Assembly: GCA_964447495.1 (NCBI GenBank)
Contig: CAYUTF010000002.1
Coordinates: 51,639 to 115,638 of the forward strand
Direction of reading: 5' to 3'
DNA: 64,000 bases
From: an uncultured archaeon
GTDB lineage: Archaea; Asgardarchaeota; Lokiarchaeia; Sigyniarchaeales; SOKP01
The position numbers were made by a program, and so were the translations under genes. The notes under the pieces are model-generated. The model searched no databases, was not told the DNA's origin, and worked only from the letters and a program-made list of their open reading frames with translations. The stretch's first letter is position 1; each line of letters begins with the position of its first letter. This document shows, piece by piece, positions 11,578 through 21,887 of this stretch.

Positions 11578-12204
11578 CTATTTTTTTTGTGTTTTTTCTA
11601 TCTCTTTTTTTAAATTATTCATTTCTAAATTAATTTTATTTATATCCTCGTTCAATTTAAGCCAATCTTGTTCTATTAAACTATACTCTTTTTTAAGCTT
11701 TTTTGCATCAGAATCAGAACTTTCTTGTTCCATTTTATTTCGTAACTCATCTAATTCTTCTTTTTTTTTCGTTAAGTACGTTTCTAACGTTTTTGCTTCT
11801 TCTTCTTTTGTTAATATTTGCTTCAAAATTAATTCTCTTTTATCCATATCAATTAGTTCTTCGATTCTAGTAAGATATCGTTTAATAAGAGTAAGGTTAA
11901 TCTCTTTTGATTCTTCATTTTTAAAAAACAATGCGATATTACTCTCTTCACCTAGTTTCAATAATATAATGGATACTTCTTCTGTTTCAAATATAAGTTT
12001 GATATAATCATTAGTTTTAAACTTACATAAACCATTAATTTTTCTTGCCTGATTTAATATTTTCGCTAAAACTTCACCTAATTTAGGGATATTAATATCT
12101 TGCTCAAATGTGGTTTGAAAAATAGTGCCATTATTATAAAACATTACTATATGAATTACTTCGGGTAATGCTGCTTTTATACGATTGATATTTTTAAAAA
12201 CCAT
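11578..12204 (-). CDS. Possible Roadblock/longin-like domain plus C-terminal coiled coil
   Basis: N-terminal alpha/beta pattern (MFYNNGTIFQTTF ... IIFETEEVSIILLKLG); K/E-rich heptad tail. Confidence 0.55.
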   Translation of the reverse strand: MVFKNINRIKAALPEVIHIVMFYNNGTIFQTTFEQDINIPKLGEVLAKILNQARKINGLCKFKTNDYIKLIFETEEVSIILLKLGEESNIALFFKNEESKEINLTLIKRYLTRIEELIDMDKRELILKQILTKEEEAKTLETYLTKKKEELDELRNKMEQESSDSDAKKLKKEYSLIEQDWLKLNEDINKINLEMNNLKKEIEKTQKK

Positions 12205-12210
12205 TTTATC

Positions 12211-13660
12211 TCACTCTATGAAAATATTTCTAAATCTATTTATAACTTTTTCAATTATGTTTTTTAACTTTTTAGGACCAATCTTAATTATAATAAAAAG
12301 TGTAATGATTAGGATAACAATAGATAAAGTAATCATTATTCCAATAAGAAACTTGAAGATTAGAGTATAATATATCGATGCTAGTGTTATCTGATAGAGT
12401 GTTGTTATAAAACCTATTTTGAAAAACTGTTTAAAACTGATAGGACGCTTATTTTGTTCAGCTATTTGGACTACTAATATGTTATCCCCAAGCGGTGTAA
12501 GATTATCTCCCCAATTAGCTCCAATAGCTAGACAAAAGAAAAATTGATGTCGCATAGCTGATGGGTAGTTATTTGAAATGGTATTTATGACAGGGATTAA
12601 CAATTTAGTTATAGGAATATTATCAATAGCACTGCTTAAAAATGAAGATATCCAGAGAATAATAATGAGTTGAGAAAATATATCTCCTCCAGAGAGATTT
12701 GACATTATTTCTCCCAGGAATTGAACAACTCCCAGGATATCAAGAGCTCCAGCAATAATAAATATCCCCAAAAGATAGAGGATTAACTCAAAATCTATTT
12801 TAGAAATAATTTGTTTTGCTTCAAGTCTACTAATGATTATTAAAAATAATGCCATAATTAACGCAATTATATCAGTAGGTAATATTGATGTAGGAATAAT
12901 AATAAACAAGATAAATACAAGGATTAACGTAAATAGTGATTTTAATAACAACATTTTATTAGGTACAAAATTCCATACATTAAATTCTCTTAAAATTTTA
13001 ATACCTTCTTGGGGGATGTCTAGGGATTTCCTAAATATAAAAATAAAGAAGACAAGTGTTAAACAAAAATTATTAAAGAAATCGTTCCAACATTCAAAAA
13101 GAAATCAATAAATTGAATATCAGCATAAGTACTAATTAATATATTAGGTATAGATGAAATCGTGAAAAAAGTTCCACCAATATTGACTAAAATTGCTTGA
13201 GTTAGTATATAAGCAGAAGGATTTACATTTAAAATACGAGAAACTGTTATTGTCAGAGGGATAAGTATAATAACAGTCAGAATGTTGTTTAATATCGCAG
13301 AAATAAATATCGTAATTAAACAAAAAATTGACATTAGATAAAGTGGCTTTCCTTTTGATAGTTTAATTAAGTTTAAAGCGATATATTGAAAAAGCCCTGC
13401 TTCATTAGAAATTGCCACAATAAGCATCATGCTTATAATTAAAATAAGGGAGTGAAGATTTACAAAACCTTCACTTTCAGTTCCAAATAATAGTTCAATG
13501 ATTACATTAAAGTTCATTCCTTCTAAGAACGTTCATACAAAATAAACAATAACTGCTCCTGATAAAGCTGCTATTGCTCTATTTAATTTTTCTGTGATTA
13601 TAAGAATTATTACTCCAATGAAACATCCTAAAGCTATAATTATACTAAGAATTTTATAAT
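12211..13660 (-). pseudogene. Disrupted ArsB/NhaD/SLC13-family transporter
   Basis: Track ORFs 13059-13517 and 12211-12954 join through a 1-nt frameshift near 13060; in-frame TGA at 13533-13535; damaged start near 13660; motifs SAILNN and GANWGDNLTPLG. Sequencing error cannot be excluded. Confidence 0.7.
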
Positions 13661-13758
13661 CACTATATCATCATCAATTTATATTAGAAATATATAGCGA
13701 TTTGTTAAATAAAAAAAAATTTTTTATTTTAATTTTAAATAAGAGAAATTTTTTGATT

Positions 13759-14424
13759 TTAATATAACTTGGACAATTTTACTAAATCTATTGGCCCCTT
13801 AATATTGATCAAACTAGTTAAATTTTGATCTAGAGGTTGTATCTTTTCCTCTACAGGCACATAATTAATTTTCCAGTTTTTATCAATTAAGTTTAGTAGT
13901 CCGTAATTCTCATTCATTAAGATTTCTTTTGCTTTTTGGAATCCTTTCTCCACGGGATAAATTGCAAAATATGGTTCTAAAAAACCATTTTTCCATTGGG
14001 GGATAACACAATCATAACCGATAGCTTGTTTTATCATAAGTTCAACAACTTCTGGCTTAATTAACGGCATATCACAAGACAATACAAATGCTTTCTGAAA
14101 ATTTTGTCTTAAGAGTTCTTTAAATCCAGAATATATGCCCAACATTGGTTGAAAAATTTTAGGATGATTAAAAATAGCTCGATCATCAACAATAAAAGTA
14201 ATTTCTCTTGGAAATTCGATTTCTTTCCTATAACTAAATATTTGTTCATCTGAATGGGCGACTAAAAAGATATCTTCATCAAATTTAGTTAGTGTCTCTA
14301 TTTGGTGCAAAATTAGTGGTTTTCCTAATAATTGTATTACTGCTTTTTCAGTTCCAAAGCGAGTACTTTTTCCTCCTATTAGTATTAAAATAGCTAATTT
14401 TTTAGAATTCTCTTCGCTAGCCAT
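13759..14424 (-). CDS. mobA: Molybdenum cofactor guanylyltransferase
   Basis: LIGGKSTRFGTEKA, LSCDMP, EPYFAIY, NIKGPIDL. Confidence 0.85.
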   Translation of the reverse strand: MASEENSKKLAILILIGGKSTRFGTEKAVIQLLGKPLILHQIETLTKFDEDIFLVAHSDEQIFSYRKEIEFPREITFIVDDRAIFNHPKIFQPMLGIYSGFKELLRQNFQKAFVLSCDMPLIKPEVVELMIKQAIGYDCVIPQWKNGFLEPYFAIYPVEKGFQKAKEILMNENYGLLNLIDKNWKINYVPVEEKIQPLDQNLTSLINIKGPIDLVKLSKLY

Positions 14425-14561
14425 ATAATCAATTATGATGAATTAAAATATATTTTTTATTAATAATGAGAAGTCGCTTTAAAAAAAATTTTCACTTATT
14501 TTGAATATCAATTATAGAATCGAAGAACGAGCATAGTAGAATTTGCAGATTAGAGTAATAC

Positions 14562-14741
14562 TTAATCCTCATCTATGTCATCATCTATATCATCAAAATC
14601 GTCATCGTCCATATCCCAGTCCTCATCGTTTTCATCGGAATCTTCGTCATCGAAGTCTCCATCGTTATCATCATCATCATCATCATCCCAATCTTCATCG
14701 TCCTCGTCTTTCTCCAACCCAATATTATATTCTAGGTCCAT
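14562..14741 (-). CDS. Extremely acidic 59-aa microprotein
   Basis: MDLEYNIGLEKDEDDEDWDDDDDDNDGDFDDEDSDENDEDWDMDDDDFDDIDDDIDED; AGGAG SD upstream; explains the Ser-rich and His-rich shadow ORFs on the plus strand. Confidence 0.7.
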   Translation of the reverse strand: MDLEYNIGLEKDEDDEDWDDDDDDDNDGDFDDEDSDENDEDWDMDDDDFDDIDDDIDED

Positions 14742-14861
14742 ATCTTTCTCTCCTTTTTTTTTATTTATTTCATATTATTAAACTATATATAAACAATTAC
14801 ATTAAAAATCAATATGGATATTTAAATATTACTCTTTAAACCCGCTATTTTTAAACTTTAC

Positions 14862-14880
14862 TCCAATTAATTTAATTGGA
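14862..14880. promoter_or_regulatory. Palindromic operator-like site, copy 1
   Basis: TCCAATTAA-T-TTAATTGGA perfect inverted repeat in a divergent intergenic region. Confidence 0.55.
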
Positions 14881-15005
14881 AAAAATTTATAAACTATTAT
14901 AGGCATATTATTGTTTAAAAATCTAATAAAATTTCATAGATTTTATATTAAAATTTATTGCTAAAAAGGTCTATCTAGAAAGAATATTCGATGATAAAAC
15001 TACTA

Positions 15006-15022
15006 CCAATTAATTTAATTGG
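15006..15022. promoter_or_regulatory. Palindromic operator-like site, copy 2
   Basis: CCAATTAA-T-TTAATTGG, identical core to copy 1. Confidence 0.55.
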
Positions 15023-15107
15023 ATTTAGATTTTCCCTACTCTATAGACTTTTTTGTAAAATGTTTATTTTTAATTCACATAATACATAATAAAATGTAAA
15101 AAGGAAA

Positions 15108-17045
15108 ATGCCAGAAAAATCGAACAATATTACTAATTCTAAAAAACAAAATATTCGTAATAATGTGAATAAACCCATTTGTTTAGGTCCTATAGCTGAT
15201 TTAGAAGAATATGTAAAAAAAGATTGGTGGAAAAAAATCTTTAATGCCTATTATTTAAAAACAGATGGGGATGTTGTGGATGATGATTTAATTACATCCC
15301 ATGAAATAAATCTTTTTTCAGAAATTGTACAGCTTAGACCTGAGAGCCATATTTTAGATCTTTGTTGCGGCCAGGGGAGGCATAGTATTGAATTATCAAA
15401 AAGAGGATTCGAAAGAGTCGAGGGACTGGATCGATCTCACTACTTAATTCAAAAAGCTCGAGCAACAATTAAGAAAAATGGTCTTCTATGTAAATTTCGG
15501 GAGGGTGATGCCAGGAAACTTCCTTATCCTTCAGATAACTTTGATAATGTTTTAATATTAGGAAATAGTTTTGGTTATTTTGAAACAATTAATGATGATT
15601 TACGCGTTCTTAAAGAGACATTTCGCACGCTAAAGCCTTGGGGGAAAATATTGATAGATATAACCGATGGGGGTTTTTTACGAAATAATTTTTTACCACG
15701 ATCATGGGAATGGATTGATAAAGACTTCTTTGTTTGTAGAGAGCGATCCTTATCATTAGATAAACAACGATTAATCTCTCGAGAAGTAATTACCCATGTT
15801 AATAAGGGGGTTCTTGTAGATCAATTTTACGCCGAAAGATTATATTCAGTTGAAGAGATCACTGAAATTCTTGAGAAAGCAGGATTTAGTGATATTGTAT
15901 TTCATGGGAATTTATCGCCCAATTCTCAAAAAGATCAAGATCTAGGGATGATGGAAAGAAGAATTATTGTTACTGCAGTTGTTAAGAAAGAATGGACCCA
16001 AAAAACAAAACGATTAAAAGCAATAAATAAAAATATTATAGTATTACTTGGTGATCCGCATAAACCTGACTTATTAAAACCTTCAACCATTTTTGATGAT
16101 GATGATTTTTATACAATCGCACAATTAAAGGCAGCACTCCAAGAATTGGAGGGATATAATTTCATATATATAGATAATCATGATACCTTGATTCAAGAAC
16201 TAACAAAACTGAAAGGAAAAATTGATTATATTTTTAACTTATGTGATGAAGGATATTATAATGATCCTCGTAAAGAATTACATATTCCCGCAATTTTAGA
16301 TATTCTCAAGTATCAATATACTGGTTCTGGACCTCAATGTTTAGCATTTTGTTATGATAAGTCGTTAGTTCGAGGCGTTGCTAAGGAGTTAGAAGTTCCC
16401 GTACCTGAAGCAATCTTTGTTAAACCTGAGGATAAAATAATTGATCTTCCTTTATATTTTCCTGCAATAGTGAAACCAAATTTTGGTGATTCAAGTTTTG
16501 CAATTACTCAGAATAATGTTGTATTTAATGGAGAGCAATTATTAAATGCGGTACGCGATATTCGTGAAAGATTCGGTTATAATAATTCAATACTAATAGA
16601 ACAATACTTATCGGGAAAAGATTTAACATTAGGAATCATTGGGAATCCCCCATATAATTATATTGTTTTGCCAATATTAGAAGAAGATTATTCCGTATTA
16701 CCCCCAGAATTGCCTAAAATCTGTGGTTATGAAGCAAAATGGCTTCCCGAATCACCCTATTGGAATTTAAAATCTATTCAGGCAGAACTAGACCCTGAAA
16801 CAGTTCAAATTATCGAATCATGCTCATTAAAACTATTTGAAAGACTTGAATGCAAAGATTACGCACGTTTTGATTGGAGACTTGATTCTGAGGGAAATCC
16901 TAAGCTGCTTGAGGTCAATCCTAACCCTGGTTGGTGTTGGGACGGACATCTCGCTAAAATGGCTAAGCATGCAGGGCTTTCTTATAAAGAAATGCTCCAA
17001 AATATTCTTGAATCTGCGGAAAAAAGATATGGAATAGAGAAATAG
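15108..17045 (+). CDS. Class I SAM methyltransferase fused to a D-Ala-D-Ala-ligase-like ATP-grasp domain
   Basis: LDLCCGQGRH; YTGSG, DK, VKPNFGDSS, ARFDWR, LEVNPNPG. Confidence 0.85.
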   Translation: MPEKSNNITNSKKQNIRNNVNKPICLGPIADLEEYVKKDWWKKIFNAYYLKTDGDVVDDDLITSHEINLFSEIVQLRPESHILDLCCGQGRHSIELSKRGFERVEGLDRSHYLIQKARATIKKNGLLCKFREGDARKLPYPSDNFDNVLILGNSFGYFETINDDLRVLKETFRTLKPWGKILIDITDGGFLRNNFLPRSWEWIDKDFFVCRERSLSLDKQRLISREVITHVNKGVLVDQFYAERLYSVEEITEILEKAGFSDIVFHGNLSPNSQKDQDLGMMERRIIVTAVVKKEWTQKTKRLKAINKNIIVLLGDPHKPDLLKPSTIFDDDDFYTIAQLKAALQELEGYNFIYIDNHDTLIQELTKLKGKIDYIFNLCDEGYYNDPRKELHIPAILDILKYQYTGSGPQCLAFCYDKSLVRGVAKELEVPVPEAIFVKPEDKIIDLPLYFPAIVKPNFGDSSFAITQNNVVFNGEQLLNAVRDIRERFGYNNSILIEQYLSGKDLTLGIIGNPPYNYIVLPILEEDYSVLPPELPKICGYEAKWLPESPYWNLKSIQAELDPETVQIIESCSLKLFERLECKDYARFDWRLDSEGNPKLLEVNPNPGWCWDGHLAKMAKHAGLSYKEMLQNILESAEKRYGIEK

Positions 17046-17076
17046 TTTAATTTAATCATGTTTTTTTTAAGGTTAT

Positions 17077-18375
17077 ATGAATCTAATTCTAATAATTTTT
17101 GTCTTTATTATATTTGGAATAATTTTGGTGAGTTACTCATCCAAAAATTTAGATTTTGTCGCTATTTCATTATTTGGTTGTTTTACGGCAGCATTTGTTA
17201 CCGGTGTTGTTAATAATTTAACTTTTTGGGATTTTATTGATTATATTGAATTTGATGCCATTATCATTATTTTAAGTATGAGTATTATCACTAAAATCGC
17301 GCAAGATTCAAACATATTAGAATATTTAGCAGTTAAGCTTTTCAAAATCTCAAAAGGAAACCGAAGAACCTTTCTTTATTTAATATGCATTATAACAACT
17401 ATTTTAGCAGCTATTATTAATGATGTTATTGTTGTTTTGATTTTAGCTCCTGTTGTAATACGATTATGTCGATTTTTAAAAATTAGATCGGGTACCTATT
17501 TATTGGGAATGACTATTTGCATAAATATTGGTTCGATCATCACCCCTTTTTCTAGTGGTGAAAATATTATTATATCGACAGCATTTTCCTTAGATACTGC
17601 ATATTTTATTACAAATTATTGGATTTTTTCCTTTTTCCTCTTATTTATAACTATTTACCTTATAGACAGGTTTATCTTAAAAAAGGAACCAGAAATAGAA
17701 GAACAACAGAAGAATTTTGTCCTAGAACTAGTTGATACAGATGTTATGATTTCAAATCGTAAAATGTTTTATGTTAACAGTATTGGAATCATAATTACAA
17801 TTGCTCTTTTTGCAGTTTTACCTTTATTATATTTAACAGCTGCATTTTCTGCTTTTACCTTAGTATTGATTAATACGAAATTTACTAAAAAAAAGACTAT
17901 CGATATATTAAAAGATGTAGAGTGGGAAATTATATTTTTCTTTATCGCTTTATACGTGGTTATTGGGTGTTTATTGGAAGCGGGGTTCAAAGATCTTTTT
18001 ATAAATATTCCCTTCGAAGTTTTAAGCCCTTTTATGGTTAGTTTTATTATCTTATTACTTGTAAGCTTAATCTCTGGTTTTGTAGCAAACACTCCAACAG
18101 CATTAATTTTTATTCCAATCATATCATTGTTGATTGATACATTTCATTTTCCCTCTATTCCCTTATTTTTCGCTTTTATAATTAGTATTAATATTGGAGG
18201 TAATTTGATACCTCAAGGAGCCGCATGTGATATGATGACGCTGAAAATTGCTCAGAACAATGGTGTAGAAAATTTAAATTTTAAAAGATTATTAAAAGTA
18301 GGAGCAACATTCGCGGTCATTCATATTGGTTTATCTATTGGATATTTATTTTTATTATCGTTATTCACACTCTAA
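17077..18375 (+). CDS. ArsB/NhaD/SLC13-family transporter
   Basis: About 12 TMs; NIGSIITPFSSGENII, SGFVANTP, NIGGNLIP. Confidence 0.85.
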   Translation: MNLILIIFVFIIFGIILVSYSSKNLDFVAISLFGCFTAAFVTGVVNNLTFWDFIDYIEFDAIIIILSMSIITKIAQDSNILEYLAVKLFKISKGNRRTFLYLICIITTILAAIINDVIVVLILAPVVIRLCRFLKIRSGTYLLGMTICINIGSIITPFSSGENIIISTAFSLDTAYFITNYWIFSFFLLFITIYLIDRFILKKEPEIEEQQKNFVLELVDTDVMISNRKMFYVNSIGIIITIALFAVLPLLYLTAAFSAFTLVLINTKFTKKKTIDILKDVEWEIIFFFIALYVVIGCLLEAGFKDLFINIPFEVLSPFMVSFIILLLVSLISGFVANTPTALIFIPIISLLIDTFHFPSIPLFFAFIISINIGGNLIPQGAACDMMTLKIAQNNGVENLNFKRLLKVGATFAVIHIGLSIGYLFLLSLFTL

Positions 18376-18389
18376 AAAACAAGTATTAC

Positions 18390-19583
18390 CTATTCTTTTT
18401 TTGTAAGAGGGGATAGCTTTCTTAATCGTTCCACGATAGGAGGAAGCTTTTTAAGAAAATAATCTACCTCCTTATCAGTAGTAAATCTTCCTAAAGTTAT
18501 TCTTAAAGATCCATGTGCATCTTGAGGTTCTATACCAATAGCTAATAATACATGAGAGGGCTCTAGTGATTTAGATGAGCATGCTGAACCAGTAGATACA
18601 CCAATGCCCTCAAAATCTAAATCTAAAACCATTGATTCACCTTCAATATATTTAAAACTTAAATTTACATTGTTAGGAAGGCGTTGAGTAGGGTGCCCAT
18701 TTAAGAAGCAGTCTTCTATATTTTCAGATACATTATTTATAATTTTATCTCTAAGATGAGTTAGTCTTTTAATTTCATATGGCATCTCTTCACCAACTAA
18801 TTCTACGGCTTTTGCAAATGCAGAAATTCCCGGAACATTTACGGTACTCGGTCTCATATCTCTTTCATGACCTCCTCCATACATTAATGGTTTAATAAAT
18901 TTCCCCCATCCCTCCCGAAATCCCTTATTTCGGATATAAAGCATTCCAACTCCTTTAGGACCATACAGTTTATGGGCAGAAGCAGATAATAAATCGATAT
19001 TTAACTCATTTACATCAATTGGAACTTTACCAAATGCTTGAACCGCATCTGTATGGAAAACAATATCATGCTCCTTTGCAATTGCTCCGATCTCTTTAAT
19101 AGGTTCAATTGTCCCAATTTCATTATTTGCAAACATAATACTGATGAGAATAGTACTTTCAGTAATATTACTTTCTAATGTGTTAGGATCAATTAGACCA
19201 TATTTATCAACGGGTAAGAAAGTAATGTCAAATCCATTCTTTTCTAAATACTTACAAGGGTTTTCTATTGCATGATGCTCAATTGCACTTGTGATAATAT
19301 GATTTCCACGCATTTTATTTTTTAATGCTACTCCCATAACTGCTAAATTATCTGATTCTGTTCCTGAGGAAGTAAAAAATATATCATCGCGATCAGCATT
19401 TATTAATGAGGCGACGGTATTACGTGAATTAACTAAAGATCTTGCCGCTTTTTGTCCAATTGTATGGAGACTTGAGGAATTACCGTAATTTTCATTCATA
19501 CTTCTATTATAAACTTCGATAGCACGAGGATCCATTGGTGTTGTCGCAGCGTAATCTAGGTAAATATATTTTGATTCCTTCAC
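18390..19583 (-). CDS. iscS: Cysteine desulfurase, IscS/NifS (MisS) type
   Basis: YLDYAATTP, HTDAVQ, SAHKLYGPKG, STGSACSS. Confidence 0.95.
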   Translation of the reverse strand: MKESKYIYLDYAATTPMDPRAIEVYNRSMNENYGNSSSLHTIGQKAARSLVNSRNTVASLINADRDDIFFTSSGTESDNLAVMGVALKNKMRGNHIITSAIEHHAIENPCKYLEKNGFDITFLPVDKYGLIDPNTLESNITESTILISIMFANNEIGTIEPIKEIGAIAKEHDIVFHTDAVQAFGKVPIDVNELNIDLLSASAHKLYGPKGVGMLYIRNKGFREGWGKFIKPLMYGGGHERDMRPSTVNVPGISAFAKAVELVGEEMPYEIKRLTHLRDKIINNVSENIEDCFLNGHPTQRLPNNVNLSFKYIEGESMVLDLDFEGIGVSTGSACSSKSLEPSHVLLAIGIEPQDAHGSLRITLGRFTTDKEVDYFLKKLPPIVERLRKLSPLTKKE

Positions 19584-19723
19584 AATTAATCATAAATAGT
19601 ATTACTCAATTTAAAACAATTTCACTTATGTTCTTAAAATTAATAAGTCTTATAATTAGATTTTATATATAAAGAATAATTCTTAAAAAGTTAATTTTAT
19701 ATCTAATTAGAGAGGAAAAGTAA

Positions 19724-20278
19724 ATGTTTAAGCTTTTATGGGGTATAACTGGGACAGGTTTCGTGTTGGATGAGTCAATTGCTTTGATGGAGGACCTTCA
19801 GCTTAATTATGAAGTAGATCTTACAGTTATTCTGACGAAAGAAGGAGCTGCGGTCGTTAAATGGTACAAGAAATGGTTAAAATTAAAAGAAGTTGTTAAA
19901 AAGGTAAGTATTGAAAAGACCCCTAATATTCCTTTTTATGCTGGACCATTACAAATAGGAAAATTTGATGTATTTATTGTATGTCCTGTATCAGCAAATA
20001 GTGTGGCAAAAATTGTATATGGCATCGCAGATACCCTTATCACAAATTGTGTTGCACAAGCTATTAAGGGAGGGCAAAAAGTATATATTTTTCCTTCTGA
20101 CCAAGACACAGAACCAATTGTTACCACTAGACCTGATGGAAATCCATTAGTTTTGAAAATTAGAGATATAGAATTAGAAAATATAAAGAAATTACATCAA
20201 TTAGAAGGTATATATGTGATCTCCAAGTTCTCTGAAATTAAAGATCTTATTTTAAGTAAAATGAAAGAAAAAGAATAA
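19724..20278 (+). CDS. Archaeal flavoprotein (AfpA/dihydromethanopterin reductase family)
   Basis: WGITGTG, CPVSANSVAKIVYGIADTLITN. Confidence 0.8.
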   Translation: MFKLLWGITGTGFVLDESIALMEDLQLNYEVDLTVILTKEGAAVVKWYKKWLKLKEVVKKVSIEKTPNIPFYAGPLQIGKFDVFIVCPVSANSVAKIVYGIADTLITNCVAQAIKGGQKVYIFPSDQDTEPIVTTRPDGNPLVLKIRDIELENIKKLHQLEGIYVISKFSEIKDLILSKMKEKE

Positions 20279-20287
20279 TAATCCTTA

Positions 20288-20689
20288 TCATAACTCATAT
20301 TTAACAGGTTTTATTGCACCTGTAGGACATGATAACTCACATTTCAAACATCCTTGACACTTTGCGATCTCTTTATACTTAAATCTTATTCCAATTTCTT
20401 CTTCATCTCCTTTATGAACTTTAGCTTTATAGAAAAGGTTTTTAGGACAAAATTTCCCATTATCCTCCAAGCACATTTCACACATATTACATAATTCATG
20501 ATCTATCTTAATACTTACAACTTGATCTGGTTGTGTTATTGAAGATACTTCGATCGCATTTCGAGGGCAGACAAGGACACAGTTAAGGCAAGCCTTACAT
20601 TTAGCATAATCAACTCTTCTAATACCATGATCGAAGTAGATAGCATTTGCTTTACAGGCTTTAAGACAACGCTCACATCTTAAACACAT
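20288..20689 (-). CDS. Polyferredoxin (multiple 4Fe-4S)
   Basis: Repeated CxxCxxCxxxC(P) motifs; frame is open to ~20734 behind a GGAGG SD, so an ATT start is possible. Confidence 0.85.
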   Translation of the reverse strand: MCLRCERCLKACKANAIYFDHGIRRVDYAKCKACLNCVLVCPRNAIEVSSITQPDQVVSIKIDHELCNMCEMCLEDNGKFCPKNLFYKAKVHKGDEEEIGIRFKYKEIAKCQGCLKCELSCPTGAIKPVKYEL

Positions 20690-20870
20690 TTCTTGGTTTA
20701 TCTGAACGGGGATAAATTTTTCTCTAATAATAATAACCTCCTTATACAGCTAATCCATTTTAGGAAATGAACTAAGAAAAATAAAGGTAGGTTTAATAAA
20801 ATATTAATTCAAAAACTTAGATAAAAATAAAAAGTAGATAAAAATAGAAAATTTTGGTAAATTCATTAAA

Positions 20871-21671
20871 TTATTGAAAATATTGAGTATAGCGTTCTTT
20901 AGGTTCTTGAGGTAATTGTTGTCTTTGATATTGTTGAGCTTTTTCTGCTAACTCTAACATTTTTGCTTTTATTTCTTTTCCTTCTTCTATAAGCTTAGAT
21001 GTTTCAATCTTTAGATTATAGATTTGGTTTAGGACTTCTATAATAGAAGCGGCTCCTTCAGGAGTAGGGATTTCCAATACTGGGGTAAACAAAGCATAGG
21101 CTTTCAATTTACTAGTTAAAGCTTCATTAAGAATTGTACTCTCAGGACCAACTATGATTCCTTTATCAAGTTTTTCCAGACCATATGTCTCTAATTTTTC
21201 AATCATCTCTTCCTCTGCAGCGTAATACACCGGATAATCATCGATTATACCTCTTTGAGGAATTCCTTGAAAGATTAAAACCTCTTTAGCCTTAACATCG
21301 TCCGATAATAACCAGTTTGTGATTGTTTTGCTAAGATCATTATAAGCTGCCGAAACTTGAAAAGGAACTTCAACTATTCCAATTATCAGATTATGCTGAG
21401 GAGAGTAATATATTCTGAAAGGATGCTTTAATACTCCTTGATAGAATACAGATATCGGAGGAAGATACTCAGATGTAACAAAACCAATTTCTTTTATATC
21501 AGGTATCTGCTCAATTAGAGCATTGGCTACAATAGGACCGATTAAACCGATTCCTGCGAATCCTAAAATCATTGTAGCTCCCTCTTTTATTTCAGTATGC
21601 AGATCCTCGATTACAAGAGTACTTCTTTTCCCTTTGGAACATATATATTCTTTTTTAACCATGAATATCAC
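20871..21671 (-). CDS. PAC2-family proteasome assembly chaperone
   Basis: ILGFAGIGLIGPI, PFRIY, PEGAA, LIEEG. Confidence 0.85.
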   Translation of the reverse strand: MIFMVKKEYICSKGKRSTLVIEDLHTEIKEGATMILGFAGIGLIGPIVANALIEQIPDIKEIGFVTSEYLPPISVFYQGVLKHPFRIYYSPQHNLIIGIVEVPFQVSAAYNDLSKTITNWLLSDDVKAKEVLIFQGIPQRGIIDDYPVYYAAEEEMIEKLETYGLEKLDKGIIVGPESTILNEALTSKLKAYALFTPVLEIPTPEGAASIIEVLNQIYNLKIETSKLIEEGKEIKAKMLELAEKAQQYQRQQLPQEPKERYTQYFQ

Positions 21672-21887
21672 CTTTTTATTTAGAATTATAATTTATTGAA
21701 TTTTAAGATACAACATTATTATACTTTTTTTTTAATTATTATATTTAGTGAACACTACACTATAAAAGTTGATCTGTTATAAATTTTCAATTATAAAATA
21801 AATTAGAATAAGAATGATAAAATAAACTATTAAAAAATCTAAGAATTATAAATAATAGTAGAATATAACTAATTAAAAAGAAGAAAA

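Noticed and set aside
11414-12007. 197-aa Phe/Ser-rich plus-strand ORF
   Set aside because: Antisense shadow of the K/E-rich gene at 11578-12204; the same applies to most short overlapping track ORFs such as 21869-22471
12211-13660. Split transporter as another intron-containing gene or a selenoprotein (in-frame TGA at 13533)
   Set aside because: The breaks are a 1-nt frameshift and a point stop at a hydrophobic TM position, with no inserted hairpin or BHB; this fits decay or sequencing error
14543-14839. His-rich and Ser-rich plus-strand ORFs
   Set aside because: Antisense shadows of the acidic minus-strand microprotein
18905-18942. BHB-like hairpin inside iscS (CUUU AUA UCCGAAAU...AUUUCGGG AGGG AUG)
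   Set aside because: The central helix is weak, the ORF is already intact, and excising the implied 28 nt would cause a frameshift
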